From Octopus bimaculoides (taxonomy: Eukaryota): a stretch of 64,000 bases of DNA. The number at the start of each line of letters is the position of its first letter. The first letter of the stretch is position 1. The translations under genes were made by a program, and so were the position numbers. This document shows, piece after piece, positions 1-13,859 of the stretch. The notes under the pieces are model-generated. The model was not told where the DNA came from, searched no databases, and saw nothing but the letters and a program-made list of their open reading frames with translations. The stretch covers positions 38,929,673-38,993,672 of the forward strand of contig NC_068997.1 of the NCBI RefSeq assembly GCF_001194135.2, given 5' to 3'.

Positions 1-609
1 AGGCCGAAAAGTGCTTGGAAGCGATGAACGAGGAGATAAAGGAGTATGTCTACTTAGGGCACACAGTGAATATACGCCGAGATATGGTTGCTGAAATTTC
101 AAAGACAATAAGGGCAGGATGGAAGGCATTAACTCAATAAAGGATGTGCTTCAAACAAGGCTTGAAAGTGCCATACGTACCAGACTCATCAATATCACCG
201 TCCTATCCGCGTTCTTATGAGCACGTAGATGTAGGCTGTTACGAAGAAGATAGAACATCAATTAACTACGACATAAAAGGCCATCAAAAGATCCATGCTA
301 TCATTACGAGAGTTCATTCGAAATAAAATAATTTGAGAACGGACTGGAGTGAATGGAGTGATCGACAAGTACCGAAATCTCAAGTTCATCTGGGCCGGAC
401 ATATCGCAAGACTCACAGACAGCGGGCGGACCCGTGCAGTAGTAACCAAGAGATCGGAAAAGGCCACTTGAAAGGCCTCCACGACGATGAGAAGACGATT
501 TGGTCAAGATAGAAAAGAATTGTACGATCGAGACTAAATTTGAAGTGCATTGTGACTAGCAGTGTGTAACAGCATCTGATGGCTTGGTCGATACTGCGAT
601 ACTGTGATA
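1..609 (+). mobile_element. RTE-clade non-LTR retrotransposon, decayed 3' end (RT C-terminal region and tail)
   Basis: Manual translation across stops and frameshifts gives EEIKEYVYLGHTVN..EISKTIRAGWKA and KFIWAGHIARLTD, matching the RTE YxYLG and WAGH(I/V)AR motifs. The fragment ends in a short tandem tail GATACTGCGATACTGTGATA (about 590-609). Confidence 0.85.
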
Positions 610-1474
610 ATATATCACAGACACGTGTACTCCTAACTTAATTCCCAGACAGAATTAGAAAGATACAGTGTGTGACAAGGCTGTGCCATTTGAATTACAA
701 ATACAATCTACCTGACGGGTGTCGATGCAGTTTTCTTCTGCCAAATTTTACACACAAGATATGAGTCCACTCGAGACGATAGAAAATCTTATTTATCTAT
801 GATACCACGTACTAGGTTCAAATCTGGGACCTAGTAGTTGCGAAATCAAATTATTAACTATTCAACAATACTATACACACACACAAATACTCAGACAGAC
901 TCACACACACACACACACACNNNNNNNNNNNNNNNNNNNNNNNNNNNNNNNNNNNNNNNNNNNNNNNNNNNNNNNNNNNNNNNNNNNNNNNNNNNNNNNN
1001 NNNNNNNNNNNNNNNNNNNNNNNNNNNNNNNNNNNNNNNNNNNNNNNNNNNNNNNNNNNNNNNNNNNNNNNNNNNNNNNNNNNNNNNNNNNNNNNNNNNN
1101 NNNNNNNNNNNNNNNNNNNNNNNNNNNNNNNNNNNNNNNNNNNNNNNNNNNNNNNNNNNNNNNNNNNNNNNNNNNNNNNNNNNNNNNNNNNNNNNNNNNN
1201 NNNNNNNNNNNNNNNNNNNNNNNNNNNNNNNNNNNNNNNNNNNNNNNNNNNNNNNNNNNNNTATATATATATGTATATATATATATGTGTGTATATATAT
1301 TTATATAAATGTATGCATGTATCTATGTATGTATACAAGGTGCATTCTAGAGAGATATTTATTAATTTCAAAGACGTATAAAAATCTAATTTCCTTCAAA
1401 GCTCTTGTTGTAGCACTATAGTCACTTTATGAAGGCCCCATGAAAGTTCTCCATAGTGAAGGTGCTCAGAACCC

Positions 1475-1680
1475 TTGTCACAAGGCTAACAACTTCGTGG
1501 AAGGAGATAAGTTGATTACATCAACACCAGTGTTCAACTGATACTTATTTTATCGGCCCCGAAAAGGGAGAGAAAGGCAAAGTCAGCCTCGGCTGAATTT
1601 GAACACCGAATGTAAGGACAGACGAACAGTCGCTACGCATATTGCCTGGTGCGCTAACGATTTTGCCAGTTCACCGCCTT
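1475..1680 (-). mobile_element. tRNA-derived SINE, family 1 (AAGGCGGCGAGCTGGCAGAA head)
   Basis: The reverse complement reads AAGGCGGTGAACTGGCAAAATCGTTAGC..GTTCAAATTCAGCCGAGGCTGACTTTGCCTTTC. It has A/B-box-like motifs and matches many other copies in this window. Confidence 0.8.
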
Positions 1681-4139
1681 AGAAGAACGAAATATTAACC
1701 AGAGTAATTTAAAATAACAGAAATAAGACGGAAAAAGTGACATATATTACAGAACTATGATGTTTTACGCCAGAGTATACGAATAAAGAGGTATAAGCAC
1801 ACTTATACACTAAAAGATTTACATATTTATACACAAGTATGCATACGCTCAGTTATATTACATAAATCCAATGAGCACTTCTACATATAGTCACAAAAAG
1901 TCATAGTCATATAAAAATCGCACACTTAAAACTGTGGATTTTGTCGTGAAGGTCTGCATATTTCGACAAACACTTCAACAAACTTTATTTAATGCATAAA
2001 CAAAATGGAAAGTATTTTTTTTCTTTTTATCATTAAATAAGATATTCAACATTTTGATACAAGCTTAAGTAAAATCCTTCTATAGACTAAAAGGAAAAGA
2101 AACAAGTTAGGGTCGATGGAAAGGAAAAAAAGTGATCTGAATGACAACAGAAGAAGAGAGAGAAAGAGAGAGAGAGAAAGGGAGAGAGAGAGAGGGAGAG
2201 AGAGAGAGAGAGAGAGAGTGTGTGTGTGTGTGTGTATGTGTGTGTGTGAGGGTGAGGTAGAATTAATTGAAGGGAGCAGAAAGTAGAGAGATGATGGTAA
2301 GAAGGGAATATGAAGCTAAGAGGTAGGAGTTAAAGAAATCGAAATAAAGAAGATGAAAAAGTAAGAACGGCCAACAGATTTATTTCAGAGAAGGTAAAAA
2401 AAAGTGGATGCAAATTGAGACATGGAGAGAAAGAGAAGCTGAGAGTCGGATATAGAGAATGAAACAGAGAAATGGGATATAAAATGGAAGAAAGAAAAGA
2501 GTGATAAGAGAAAAAGAGTGAGCTGAGATAGAAGATATAAGAGATAAAAAAAATATTCATTATAGAAGTGGCTGACAGCTATAAGGATCTATTTGAGGCA
2601 ATGTATATTTTTCGTTGAAAGTATATTTTCCGTTAATTCAATTTAATTTTTTTTCATTATCAGTACGGTAATATTTTTTTCTGCTATAATTTAATTTAAT
2701 ATTTTCTTGTTTTTATAAAGTTTTCTTTATGAAGCATTTGTAGGAAATATCTGACAGAAAGATAAACAACAATAACAACAACAGCGGCAACAACATCAAG
2801 AGACTATTCGTATAAACTGGATATCTTTCGTTGGTTTATACTTTGTTCAAAATCTGATAATTTCCTCTGAGTATAGTGTATGTTACTATAGCAACTCTCC
2901 GCCCCAACAATCATATAGACAGAATTGGTAGAGTGGTGGACAACCTCCCCTGTAGTATTTATTTACATTTCTTTCAGTTCCATAGACGGTATAATTAATA
3001 TCAGTCAATCATTGGTGTCGATTGAATGGATGACACAACTCCTCACGCCACCAAATATGTGACCTTGCGTTAGTGATTCACTGCGTTAAACAAAAAGAAG
3101 AAAAACAGAAGAAAACCAAATTATGAAAAGACTACTGATGGACTGCATCAATAAAACCACAAAATGGCAACAGGTTAGTGTGCCGCAAGTATTCTAGTAT
3201 TTCAGGTGGAGCTCTCCAGGAAATATTTACAGGTTGTAGAATACTTTCCAGTTTTCTTCCGAAGACCCATGTCCATAACATTAGAATTCTCTTCTCGTGT
3301 CATACAAACTAATTCCTTTTCGCGAACTTTATTAAAGTTTTAAGACATCATATAATTCTTTATGTCATGTTGACAATCCACGACAGAACTTTCTAGCACA
3401 TGGTTTTAGAGAAAAGTACAAACCTACTTTTACTTAAGCTGAGCCAACAAAAACAAAACGAAAAAAGGAAAGATGATGGGTAATTTGTTCTGTATTTTTG
3501 CCAAGTTTTCTTCAATTTTATTTTCCATACTTTCAACACGGTTGTTTTCTGTTCTTTATCTCTTTCCCTTCCTCTTCTCTATGTATTGACATGTAAGTGA
3601 TATGAATATATATGTGATACGTGATAAACATATGCATTACTTCTCTCTTCCACTCTCCATATTTCTGTATACGTACTTACATGCACACATACATACACAC
3701 AGATGCGATTAATGTGTGGGAACGGATTCCTTTTTCATACAATGTACCCATTTTCTGCCACTCTGCTTGATATTTCATATACTTCTACAGGTTCTTCGTT
3801 TACTCACCTAACATTTAATTCGCGTTTATTTATTTCCATATTCTTTCCGCTTCTATTTCACTATGTTTTCAAATTTTTGTTTGTTTCTAATGTTTGGAAT
3901 CAAGTTTATTCTAGAAATGAAACCTTGTCTTGTAATTCTATAGCCTTGAAGTGCATCAATAAATCACTAAACTTCAAAATAAATTCTTCTTTTCACAGTC
4001 TTTCTTTTAAGTCTTATCTCACCCATTTCCCCCCAAGAAGGTATCGGTTGTTTTTCTTATCAACATTATACGGAATTAAAATAGTTTACGCCAGCCAAAT
4101 TCCGTAGCTTACCCTGAGAAAGCTGTTATCTCCGGCTTG

Positions 4140-4192
<53 letters not shown>

Positions 4193-5072
4193 AACATAAA
4201 TACATCTCTCTATATATACAAATATACATCTCTCTCTCTACATATAAATACATCTTTCTCTTTCTATATATATATACACATNNNNNNNNNNNNNNNNNNN
4301 NNNNNNNNNNNNNNNNNNNNNNNNNNNNNNNNNNNNNNNNNNNNNNNNNNNNNNNNNNNNNNNNNNNNNNNNNNNNNNNNNNNNNNNNNNNNNNNNNNNN
4401 NNNNNNNNNNNNNNNNNNNNNNNNNNNNNNNNNNNNNNNNNNNNNNNNNNNNNNNNNNNNNNNNNNNNNNNNNNNNNNNNNNNNNNNNNNNNNNNNNNNN
4501 NNNNNNNNNNNNNNNNNNNNNNNNNNNNNNNNNNNNNNNNNNNNNNNNNNNNNNNACACACACACACACACACACACACACACAACAGTTCTATCTAGGT
4601 GATGCTCTTAGTAAAAGCATAGCATAACTTTCGGCTTCCTATATATGTAACAGTCATTTCTAGGCAATGTTCTTAATCTCTTGATGATATTTTTACTGTA
4701 AATTCGATTTTTTCAATCCTCTCGGGAAGATTGCCGGATTTAACTTATTTTTACTTTTGATCTAAAATAGGAAAGGATAGCATAATTTTCAATTTCTGTA
4801 CGCCAACATAAAGTGAAGTAAATTTGATGAAATAAAAAAAAATATATATATTTTGAATTATTACCGAATATTTGAAAGACTTGAGTGAAAAGAATTATAA
4901 GACATTAAAAGTATTGTTCCTTAGTGAACTAAATGTTGTTCAATTCTTTACAGTCTAGCCACGGAAATTATTGGATCGTTTAGTCAATGTGTAACACAGA
5001 TGTAAACCCCAAGATCGATTCTTCAAAATATTCGTAATTTTCTGCAAGACGAAAATAGACGAAGGTTTTACC

Positions 5073-5430
5073 TTTTACTTGTTTCAGCCATTGGACGGCG
5101 GCCATGTTGGGGCACCGCTTTGAAGAATTTTTTACTCGAACATATCGACCCCGATACTTATTGTTTACTTTTTGTAAAGCCTGGTACTTATTTTTTGCCG
5201 AACTGCTAAGTTACAAGGGTGTAAACACACTAACACCAGCTGTCAAGTAGTGGTGGGGCGAACACAGACACAAACACATATACGACGGGCTTCTTTCAGT
5301 TTCCGTCTACCAGATCCACTCACAAGACTTTGGTCAGCCCGAAGCTATAATAGAATACATTTGTCCAAGGTTCCACGCAGTGGGACTGAACTTGGAACCA
5401 TGTGGTTAGGAAGCAAACTTCTTACCACAC
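5073..5430 (-). mobile_element. tRNA-derived CORE-like SINE, family 2 (head, microsatellite, 3' module)
   Basis: The reverse complement has GTGGTAAGAAGTTTGCTTCC..GGTTCCAAGTTCAGTCCCACTGCGTGGAACCTTGGACAAATG, then the same 3' module as the copies at 19.3 and 21.0 kb. Confidence 0.85.
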
Positions 5431-6997
5431 ACACACACACATATTCTAGAATGTTACCCGTCATGTGATGAGTAACTTTGGAAGTCTACTTTGGTCACCT
5501 ACTTGTGTTACCATGAGTAATTTGATAAAAGTTAAATTACAATTATTGTATGCATACCATTTTCTTGATGCCAATAATTGTGGTATATTTCCAGTTGTAG
5601 CAATTGCAGTGATATATTCATTTGGAAGAATTTCTCATAAATGTTTAACTTAGCGAATACACTAGTGACTCAGGCAAAAGAAACAAAACAAAACAAAAAC
5701 AAACAAAATACGCCGAAATTAACAAAATGAAAACAAACAAAAACTTACTCTGCAAACGAACAGCTTAGTTCAAAAGTATCTCAGGAAAATATTCATTAGA
5801 ACAAGCATTAACTACAGCAAAGCCATTTTCAGATACAGTTAATTACTCCCTCGTCTCATGCTTCTCAACGTCGCCGTCGTCGTCGTCATTCTCCTCCTTC
5901 TTTCTACCTCCTCCCCTCCCCTTCTTCCTCCTTTCCCTCCCCTTCGCCTATTCTTCTCCTCTTCCACTTCCCCTCCTTCCTCCCCTCCTTTCCCCCTCCT
6001 TCCTCTTCCCCCTCCTTCCTCTTCCCCCTCCTTCCCCTTCTCCTCNNNNNNNNNNNNNNNNNNNNNNNNNNNNNNNNNNNNNNNNNNNNNNNNNNNNNNN
6101 NNNNNNNNNNNNNNNNNNNNNNNNNNNNNNNNNNNNNNNNNNNNNNNNNNNNNNNNNNNNNNNNNNNNNNNNNNNNNNNNNNNNNNNNNNNNNNNNNNNN
6201 NNNNNNNNNNNNNNNNNNNNNNNNNNNNNNNNNNNNNNNNNNNNNNNNNNNNNNNNNNNNNNNNNNNNNNNNNNNNNNNNNNNNNNNNNNNNNNNNNNNN
6301 NNNNNNNNNNNNNNNNNNNNNNNNNNNNNNNNNNNNNNNNNNNNNNNNNNNNNNNNNNNNNNNNNNNNNNNNNNNNNNNNNNNNNNNNNNNNNNNNNNNN
6401 NNNNNNNNNNNNNNNNNNNNNNNNNNNNNNNNNNNNNNNNNNNNNNNNNNNNNNNNNNNNNNNNNNNNNNNNNNNNNNNNNNNNNNNNNNNNNNNNNNNN
6501 NNNNNNNNNNNNNNNNNNNNNNNNNNNNNNNNNNNNNNNNNNNNNNNNNNNNNNNNNNNNNNNNNNNNNNNNNNNNNNNNNNNNNNNNNNNNNNNNNNNN
6601 NNNNNNNNNNNNNNNNNNNNNNNNNNNNNNNNNNNNNNNNNNNNNNNNNNNNNNNNNNNNNNNNNNNNNNNNNNNNNNNNNNNNNNNNNNNNNNNNNNNN
6701 NNNNNNNNNNNNNNNNNNNNNNNNNNNNNNNNNNNNNNNNNNNNNNNNNNNNNNNNNNNNNNNNNNNNNNNNNNNNNNNNNNNNNNNNNNNNNNNNNNNN
6801 NNNNNNNNNNNNNNNNNNNNNNNNNNNNNNNNNNNNNNNNNNNNNNNNNNGTGTCTGTGTGTGTCTGAGTGTGTGAATGCAACATTCTTTTACTCATTGT
6901 TTGCCACCAAGCCTAGAATGTGCTGTTATCCGGTACTTCTTATGTTAACTTACTCTGTATCTATATTTCACTCTATCGCCCCCTCTCAAGACGATCA

Positions 6998-7157
6998 ACC
7001 AGCCAGCCAACCAACCAGCCAACCAACCAACCAACCAACCAACCAACCAACCAACCAACCAACCAGCCAACCAACCAACCAACCAGCCAACCAGCCAACC
7101 AACCAACCAACCAACCATCCAACCAACCATTCAACCAACCAAACAAACAAACAAACA
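6998..7157. repeat. (CAAC)n/(CAAA)n microsatellite
   Basis: Direct tetranucleotide run; it explains the PTNQ and LVGW ORFs. Confidence 0.95.
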
Positions 7158-7559
7158 ACATTTACTTCTGTTATCATTGAAAAGAGATTCGTATATACAT
7201 GTCCAGACATTTATGAGTGTTTCTAATGCCCCATATTTAAAATAAAACTTGCAATGTTGTTATAAGTGGAAGACTGCTTCAATATTTGTTACTTAGTTTT
7301 AGCTGAATTAGTACAAGGAAGTAGGCTAATCCTTGCTCCTAGATCTAAATAAGTGAAAATTCTAGTAGCAAAAAACCTTGAAACTTTCGCTGTAAGCTCC
7401 ATACAATTTCCACCAGTTTCATATAGAAATGTTATGGATATTCAATATACACGTCATTTAGGAAGACAGATCACCGTCAATTCACAGATAAATAGATTTC
7501 AATAGTTGAAAATTGCTTGATGGATCCTATATTTTCCAGTGTAGCGTGTGATGTGTGAG

Positions 7560-8465
7560 GCGATGCTGTCCAGGCACGAAAAGCAGTGAATGTGATTGTA
7601 GTGCCTATCGAATGTTGTAAGTATTGAAACCCCTATTATATTTGTTCCTTTTCTACAAAAATCAAACGAATGTGTCGTTTTCTGACGCGCTTTCAATAAA
7701 GGATGCACTATCTCTACTGCAGACTACTTCGTATACCACGTGGGCTCTGGAGCACATGGTAAAGTTGTTGGTGGGGAAATTAGACAATGTTCCCCTCACA
7801 AAACTGCTTGTGGTATGATTTCTATACAGAAATTTCTTCAGGGATGAACTTGTGTGCAGCATCTGTATGTTAAGTCCCTCCCTGCCGATAGCATGATGTA
7901 TAGCATCTGTTTATTCTGTCGTCGAAATACAGTAATTTTAGGAAGCACATGTCAAACTTGATGATTCAGGCCTTTGACTTCAGCGATCTTTAAATGCTGT
8001 CATTTGGCGAAAGATGGAGGAAAGCTGTTGTTTATTAAGATCTTGTGGAACCACTTGGTGTTGATAGCTTTGACAGCTACGTCACTGCACCTGTCACTTA
8101 TGCAGACGATTCCATTTTGCACGTATGCGGCTTTGGTTATGGTGGGTAGGGCTGACTCATTGTGCACAAACAAGTTTCTACTGGCAACTTTCTTGTAAAA
8201 TCTGAGCTGGAAATCGAGCAGAAAGAAGGTTTCGGACTCGTCCGGGTGTTCAATTTCAAATTTTATGTGTTTGTCGGCGATGTTGAATCCCTGGTAAAAA
8301 CCAAAAGCGTCTTTCCAGGAGGAAGTGTACCGCATGATTCACCGACGTATCTGGAGAGAAAGAAGCATGAATGATAGATGCTAAGTATTGTGCGCTTCGA
8401 TTGCTTCGTGTATGTGATGGCCAGCAGACCTGAGAGTCTTGGTCCCATCGGTTGACCTGAGACCT
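7560..8465 (-). mobile_element. Penelope-like element relic: RT C-terminal half and GIY-YIG endonuclease remnant
   Basis: ORF 8263-8448 (MGPRLSGLLAITY..FLSRYVGE) matches RT motifs B'/C. ORF 8000-8335 (IKFEIEHPD..FLLDF..LFVHNESALP) parallels ORF 16360-17304. ORF 7662-7862 (CSRAHVVYEVVC..FIES) is GIY-YIG-like. Confidence 0.8.
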
Positions 8466-8504
8466 GCTTGTTATACTACACCGTTTTATTGAAAATAGGT
8501 GTTA

Positions 8505-8800
8505 CAGACTTATGTTCCCGAACGTCTGAGGGTGTCAAGCTTACTTTATATAAAATTTCCTCGCTCCTTTCTACATTCCTCAAACCCTTACTATCCATAT
8601 TCCCGGCACACATCAACAACTCCAACGAGATCTTTAAAAGACTCAAGGATATCGATCCCACTCGACTTAGAAATAACCGATATCCTTTTAGCTTATACAA
8701 AATTTCTCTCAATATTTGCGTGTCTGTTCTTCTGGCTGTCGACATTCAAACTGACCGCATCATCTCTCTTTTCCTTTCCTTTCCCCCCACTTCCTTCGGT
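8505..8800 (+). mobile_element. Penelope-like RT N-terminal fragment, inverted relative to the 7560-8465 fragment
   Basis: FLKPLLSIFPAHINNSNEIFKRLKDIDPTRLRNNRYPFSL aligns by eye with HLKPVLSIFPGHVKNSDEVIKRLRQLHPDQFRQNRYTFSL in ORF 16360-17304. Confidence 0.8.

Positions 8801-8853
<53 letters not shown>
8801..8853. repeat. (CTA)n microsatellite
   Basis: Direct trinucleotide run abutting the end of the PLE fragment. Confidence 0.95.
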
Positions 8854-8854
<1 letters not shown>

Positions 8855-9535
8855 TCTCTTCTCCTTCCGCTATCACCAACTTCCATTTCTTCGGTAGAGA
8901 GAGAGAGGGAGAAAGAGAGAGAGAGAGAAGGGAGAGAAAGAGAAAGAAAGAGAGATAGAGGAGGGAGAGAGAAAGGGAGGGAGAAAAGCAGAGAGCAATA
9001 CAAATATACATATATACATGCATGGTCTATCTCTCTGTACACAAATACAAACAAACACATACACACACACACGCATATACATAAATATATATACATGCTA
9101 TATATACGTGCATATATATGTATAAATAAATATATATATATTCCTGTTTATGCTGAGAGAGAATGAAATAGAGAGAGAGGTAAAGAGAGAAAGGGAGAGG
9201 TGGGTTTCGGGAGCGACAGAGATGTGAGGAGAGGCTCTGAGATTCTGGAGAGTGTTAGAACTATGGAAAACAAATGGCAGTAGTAATTTTGACAATTATG
9301 TAAGACTGTCTTTTTTTAAACAAAGTCATTTGGAAAATTCGTGCATTCATTTTTATAGAACTCTGTCTGTGTATGTGCGTCCATGTTTGGCGGTAAATAT
9401 GTATCTGTGCCTGTGTGTTTATATGCATATTCATATGTATATGTATGTATGTCTGTATGTATGTATGTATGTATATGTCCAGGCGCATTTGCTAAACTTC
9501 TTGAATGCTTTGTCTTTTTGTCAAGTGTTTAGGAA

Positions 9536-9572
<37 letters not shown>

Positions 9573-10049
9573 ATGCGTGTGCATGTGTGTGTATGTGCAT
9601 CTTTTTGTATCTATATACACGTTCTTTTCGTTTGTGCTTGTGTGTATGAGTTCATATGCATGTGTGTGAGTTTGTACTCTAACTTATATTTATATATTAT
9701 ATGTATGCATGTATTTATGTCTTTTATGTATGAAAATGTGTGATTCTGCACGGTCTTTTCGTGTTCTTGGTAGTCACAATAGCAACAACGTTTTTTCCAA
9801 ATGTGTTGACGATAATCCTTCAGTTTGAAACTCTTCGGGTTCAGATATGTTGAAAGCTTTTTTAAGAATTGGTCGAAGCATTTTTTACACACGGTATATT
9901 GTTTCATATAAAATTAGGAACAGAAGTTGAATTTTAGTTTTACTTAGATACACACACATGCATAAACACACACAAACATATACAAATACTTGTGCTCTCA
10001 TGTACATATACGCACACATATATAGATATCTGTACAGAGTATACATGTG

Positions 10050-10051
10050 CA

Positions 10052-10113
<62 letters not shown>

Positions 10114-10114
10114 C

Positions 10115-10178
<64 letters not shown>

Positions 10179-10242
10179 TTACAAGTATGTATATATGTGC
10201 ATGTATATTCATATATACATGCTCACATAAACACATACACCC

Positions 10243-10273
<31 letters not shown>

Positions 10274-10320
10274 TGTATGTATGTATGTATGTATGTATGT
10301 ATGCATGTATGTATGTATGG
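10050..10320. repeat. (TATC)n and (TATG)n microsatellites
   Basis: Direct tetranucleotide runs; they explain the YLSI and MYVC ORFs. Confidence 0.95.
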
Positions 10321-12226
10321 GTAAATAACGACAAATCTAACTTGCATTCGTCATCTCAACATCATTGTACTAGGGTCCTTAAATATACACTCTTAAAAAA
10401 AAGAGCTAGCAAAATATTGTGTTCTAAAATCACAGATGCATATGCGAAAATAAAACAATAGCCTTTTTTGCTGCAGAAATGACTGTTCCACAAACAGCAC
10501 CATATAACTAAATTAGATTAATAATATGGTGCCAGAAGGTACGTAATTGTAAAGAAAAATAGAAGATAAACACAAAGTAAAAATTAAAAATTGAAATTAA
10601 TTTTTTCTCCACAACAATTCTAAAATAAGCAGAAGTGTGTGTAAAAGATGTAAGTGAAAGAGAATGATAATCAACAAGAGCACACAACGAAGCGTCACAA
10701 AAAGTATAATAGTGTATGTAGGTTAACAAGAACGTTAAAATGGCGGCTGAAGAAATAAAATTTTTTGCCTGCTTCTTTCATTCCTATTAAATACATATAA
10801 TGTTGAAATAAATCAATAACAAAAATTAAAAAAATATATATATAAAAATAATCAAACGGAAACATATAATAGCAATAACCTAGCTTTACTTTCTCTGACA
10901 CTCTACTACTGCATATGCTGTTTACTGGTTCAACTTTTATTTGTCAAATGTAGAAGAGTTATGTTGCACAACTACTTTATTCTTTTGTTAATATTGTTCA
11001 GTTCAGATAGCAAAACGCTTTAAAATTCTCAGAAGCAAAGTGTTTTTTTTTTTTTAATATTTCCATTGTTATATAATTTTGCCCAGCTATAATTGTGAGT
11101 TGTATGAGTCCTTATGGTATTTCGAGACAACCATTTCTTCTGCGGCGAATTTTTCGACAAGAAGTAATAAATAATTCATGAAGTAGCATACCAAAATATA
11201 TTTTTCTTTGACTTTGAATTATTATCACTTCAAAGAATGTTTCTTTTATCCTTAGATGCATGCACATATATACATAATCTCACGCGCAAAGTCTTACATT
11301 TATGGAGGATATAAATATCATGCATAATCTTACACAAACACTCACCAAAAACACAGAAGCATGCGCACATATACACGTTATACATGTCTATGCATTCCCA
11401 GACACACATGCATGTGTTGTTTATTTTGAAGCAGAAGAGAGTCAGTTAGAGTTTATGTTGGTCACTGTCAGTTATGTTTGCTTTGTCTTCGTCAGAGGAA
11501 AGATTTAAAGTGTACTGTAAAGATCTCTTTTGACTTTATCGTCTATAACTTATCTAACGAAAACTTTTCGAGTTCATGTTGGAACTGCCATAGGATATGC
11601 CTTGGGTAGCACCGACTTGGGTAGACTGTTACTGAATTATTCTTGAGAAAGTTCCAAATAACTATTTAGCTTGCATACGTGCATACTGGGTGATTACACA
11701 ACAACGAGTATAAATCAGCATAAAATCTAAAATCTGAAGGAAGGAGTGTGGTCGCCTTGGCTGTAGCAAAATTACTGACCTACACTCAGCGTGATACCAT
11801 TCCTCTCTCTTCCCATCACTCTGGAATGAAGGCAAACATTTGAAACGTTAGATTCTTAATTTTTTACCGTTAAATTCTTCATTCTTTACGGCCACAGAAC
11901 ATGGATAAGTAGATGCGTTGTTATTTTCGTAACGATATAAGTCAATACGATATATATATATATATAAAAATAAATAAATAAATAAATAAATANNNNNNNN
12001 NNNNNNNNNNNNNNNNNNNNNNNNNNNNNNNNNNNNNNNNNNNNNNNNNNNNNNNNNNNNNNNNNNNNNNNNNNNNNNNNNNNNNNNNNNNNNNNNNNNN
12101 GGAGGTGGTATATAATGAATGTATCTATTTCACTAATTGACATTCATATAATAACGGTTCGCAGGCTTTAACATAGAAAAACTATTTTAGTGTATAATAA
12201 ATAATAGATTATTTTACATGCCTGTA

Positions 12227-12271
<45 letters not shown>

Positions 12272-13706
12272 AATTATATAGTGCAGTTGTTTAATTTATA
12301 AATAAATACAGGTAAAAAAGCTTGCTCATGAGATAAAAGAAAATCATGTTTACTTTCATTCGTCAACACAATACGTTTATACGAACGCAGAGAGTCAACT
12401 TTCAAAATACTGATATATGGAAAACAATACGTAATAAAACTAATAAAACAGTTTTCTATAGGAAGGAGGTGGGAGATTTAGCAAGATATTAAAAAGTAAA
12501 CGGTAGATTACGGTGGTGGATGAGAAGGATATATGTAGTATGATATAGAGGGAAAATCATATATTTATCTATAATAACCCCTCTACTATTTTAGGTTATT
12601 CTAGATTATTGACGATAGGTATATGTGTGTCTGTGTATATATATATGAAAAAAGAATAAATATATGCACATCCATATTAATACATACACACACAAACAAA
12701 ATGGAGATGATGCACTACTCAGTTGTAATAAACATTCACCCTTTGTTCAATAGCATGTTAAATAACAATAATTGTTATATCCCTTTAGACTTATAAAAAC
12801 CAACGAAAACTTTTCAGGGAGATGAACATTTGCCTTTTAAGTATCTTTAAAAAACGTTACCGTTTGCAACGCTTGTCTTTGCTTAAAAATGTTCTTTATA
12901 ACAAGGTACGTTATTGATAGTGAGAATTAAACGCTTTCTTAATAATTGTTTTTCTTTCATTATTTGTTCTTTTTCTGTGATTGAATTAGAACATTTATAT
13001 ATTGGAAATGTTTTAAAATTAGATACATTCATCTGATGGCTAGAAAATTTGCCTTTTGGAATATGATAAAAAAATATGTATCAACAGCGCAGATATCTAT
13101 GAAAAATTGTTGAATTCTACCCGATTCATTTTTAATCTCATTAACTAGAAATCAAATTCATATCTGATGAACTAGGATGACAAAGACTATTGGAACAAAT
13201 GTATTTGAACGAGATTAATACGGGAACAAAACTTCTAAGCAGCACTTGGAAGCAAATACAATAACATTAACAGATGAGAGAGGAGTGTACAAAAAGGAGC
13301 AGAAGGATTACTTTCGCCAGATATATTAAAACATCGGAAGTAAGACTGGAAATGCAGAACTTATAACACTGCAATGATGGACGAAGAGTGAAAATTGGTT
13401 TTAAGTTATGAAGAGAAATTCAAAAGAATATACAAATTAGGTAAATCACACATAAAGGAAATTATCAAATCAAAACCATATGCAGAAGCAATAAGAAAAC
13501 TAGGCGTAATTTCAGAAGACTTAAAGACCCAAACACGAATAGAAAAGACATTGAAAAATTACTACAGACAATAAATTTCCCCATTAAATTAAATTTGTAA
13601 ACTTCAGGGAATAATTAAGTAACAGAAATCCTTTTCGATTCCGAATAAATATAATTAAGGGATAGGACATTCATAGTGAAATTATACATAGAAATAACTA
13701 TAATAT

Positions 13707-13752
13707 ACGCACAGGCGTGGTTGTGTGGTAAGAAGCTTGCTTCCCAACTACA
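13707..13752 (+). mobile_element. SINE family 2, truncated head
   Basis: CGCACAGGCGTGGTTGTGTGGTAAGAAGCTTGCTTCCCAAC runs directly into (TATG)n. Confidence 0.7.
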
Positions 13753-13859
13753 TGTATGTATGTATGTATGTATGTATGTATGTAGGTAGGTAGGTAGGTA
13801 GGTAGGTATATATGTATGTATGCATGTATGTATGTATGTCTCTTCTATTTTTTAATTAT

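Noticed and set aside
3160-3235. ATGGCAACAG|GTTAGT..TTTCAG|GTGG apparent splice pair
   Set aside because: The implied intron is only about 32 nt, which is too short to be credible.
6920-10328. Low-complexity ORFs (PTNQ, LVGW, poly-L/Y/S/V, YLSI, MYVC, THTH)
   Set aside because: They are translations of tri- and tetranucleotide microsatellites. The same applies to similar ORFs throughout the window.
13150-13560. Purine-rich stretch resembling a LINE 3' coding remnant
   Set aside because: No diagnostic motif could be read, so it was left unassigned.
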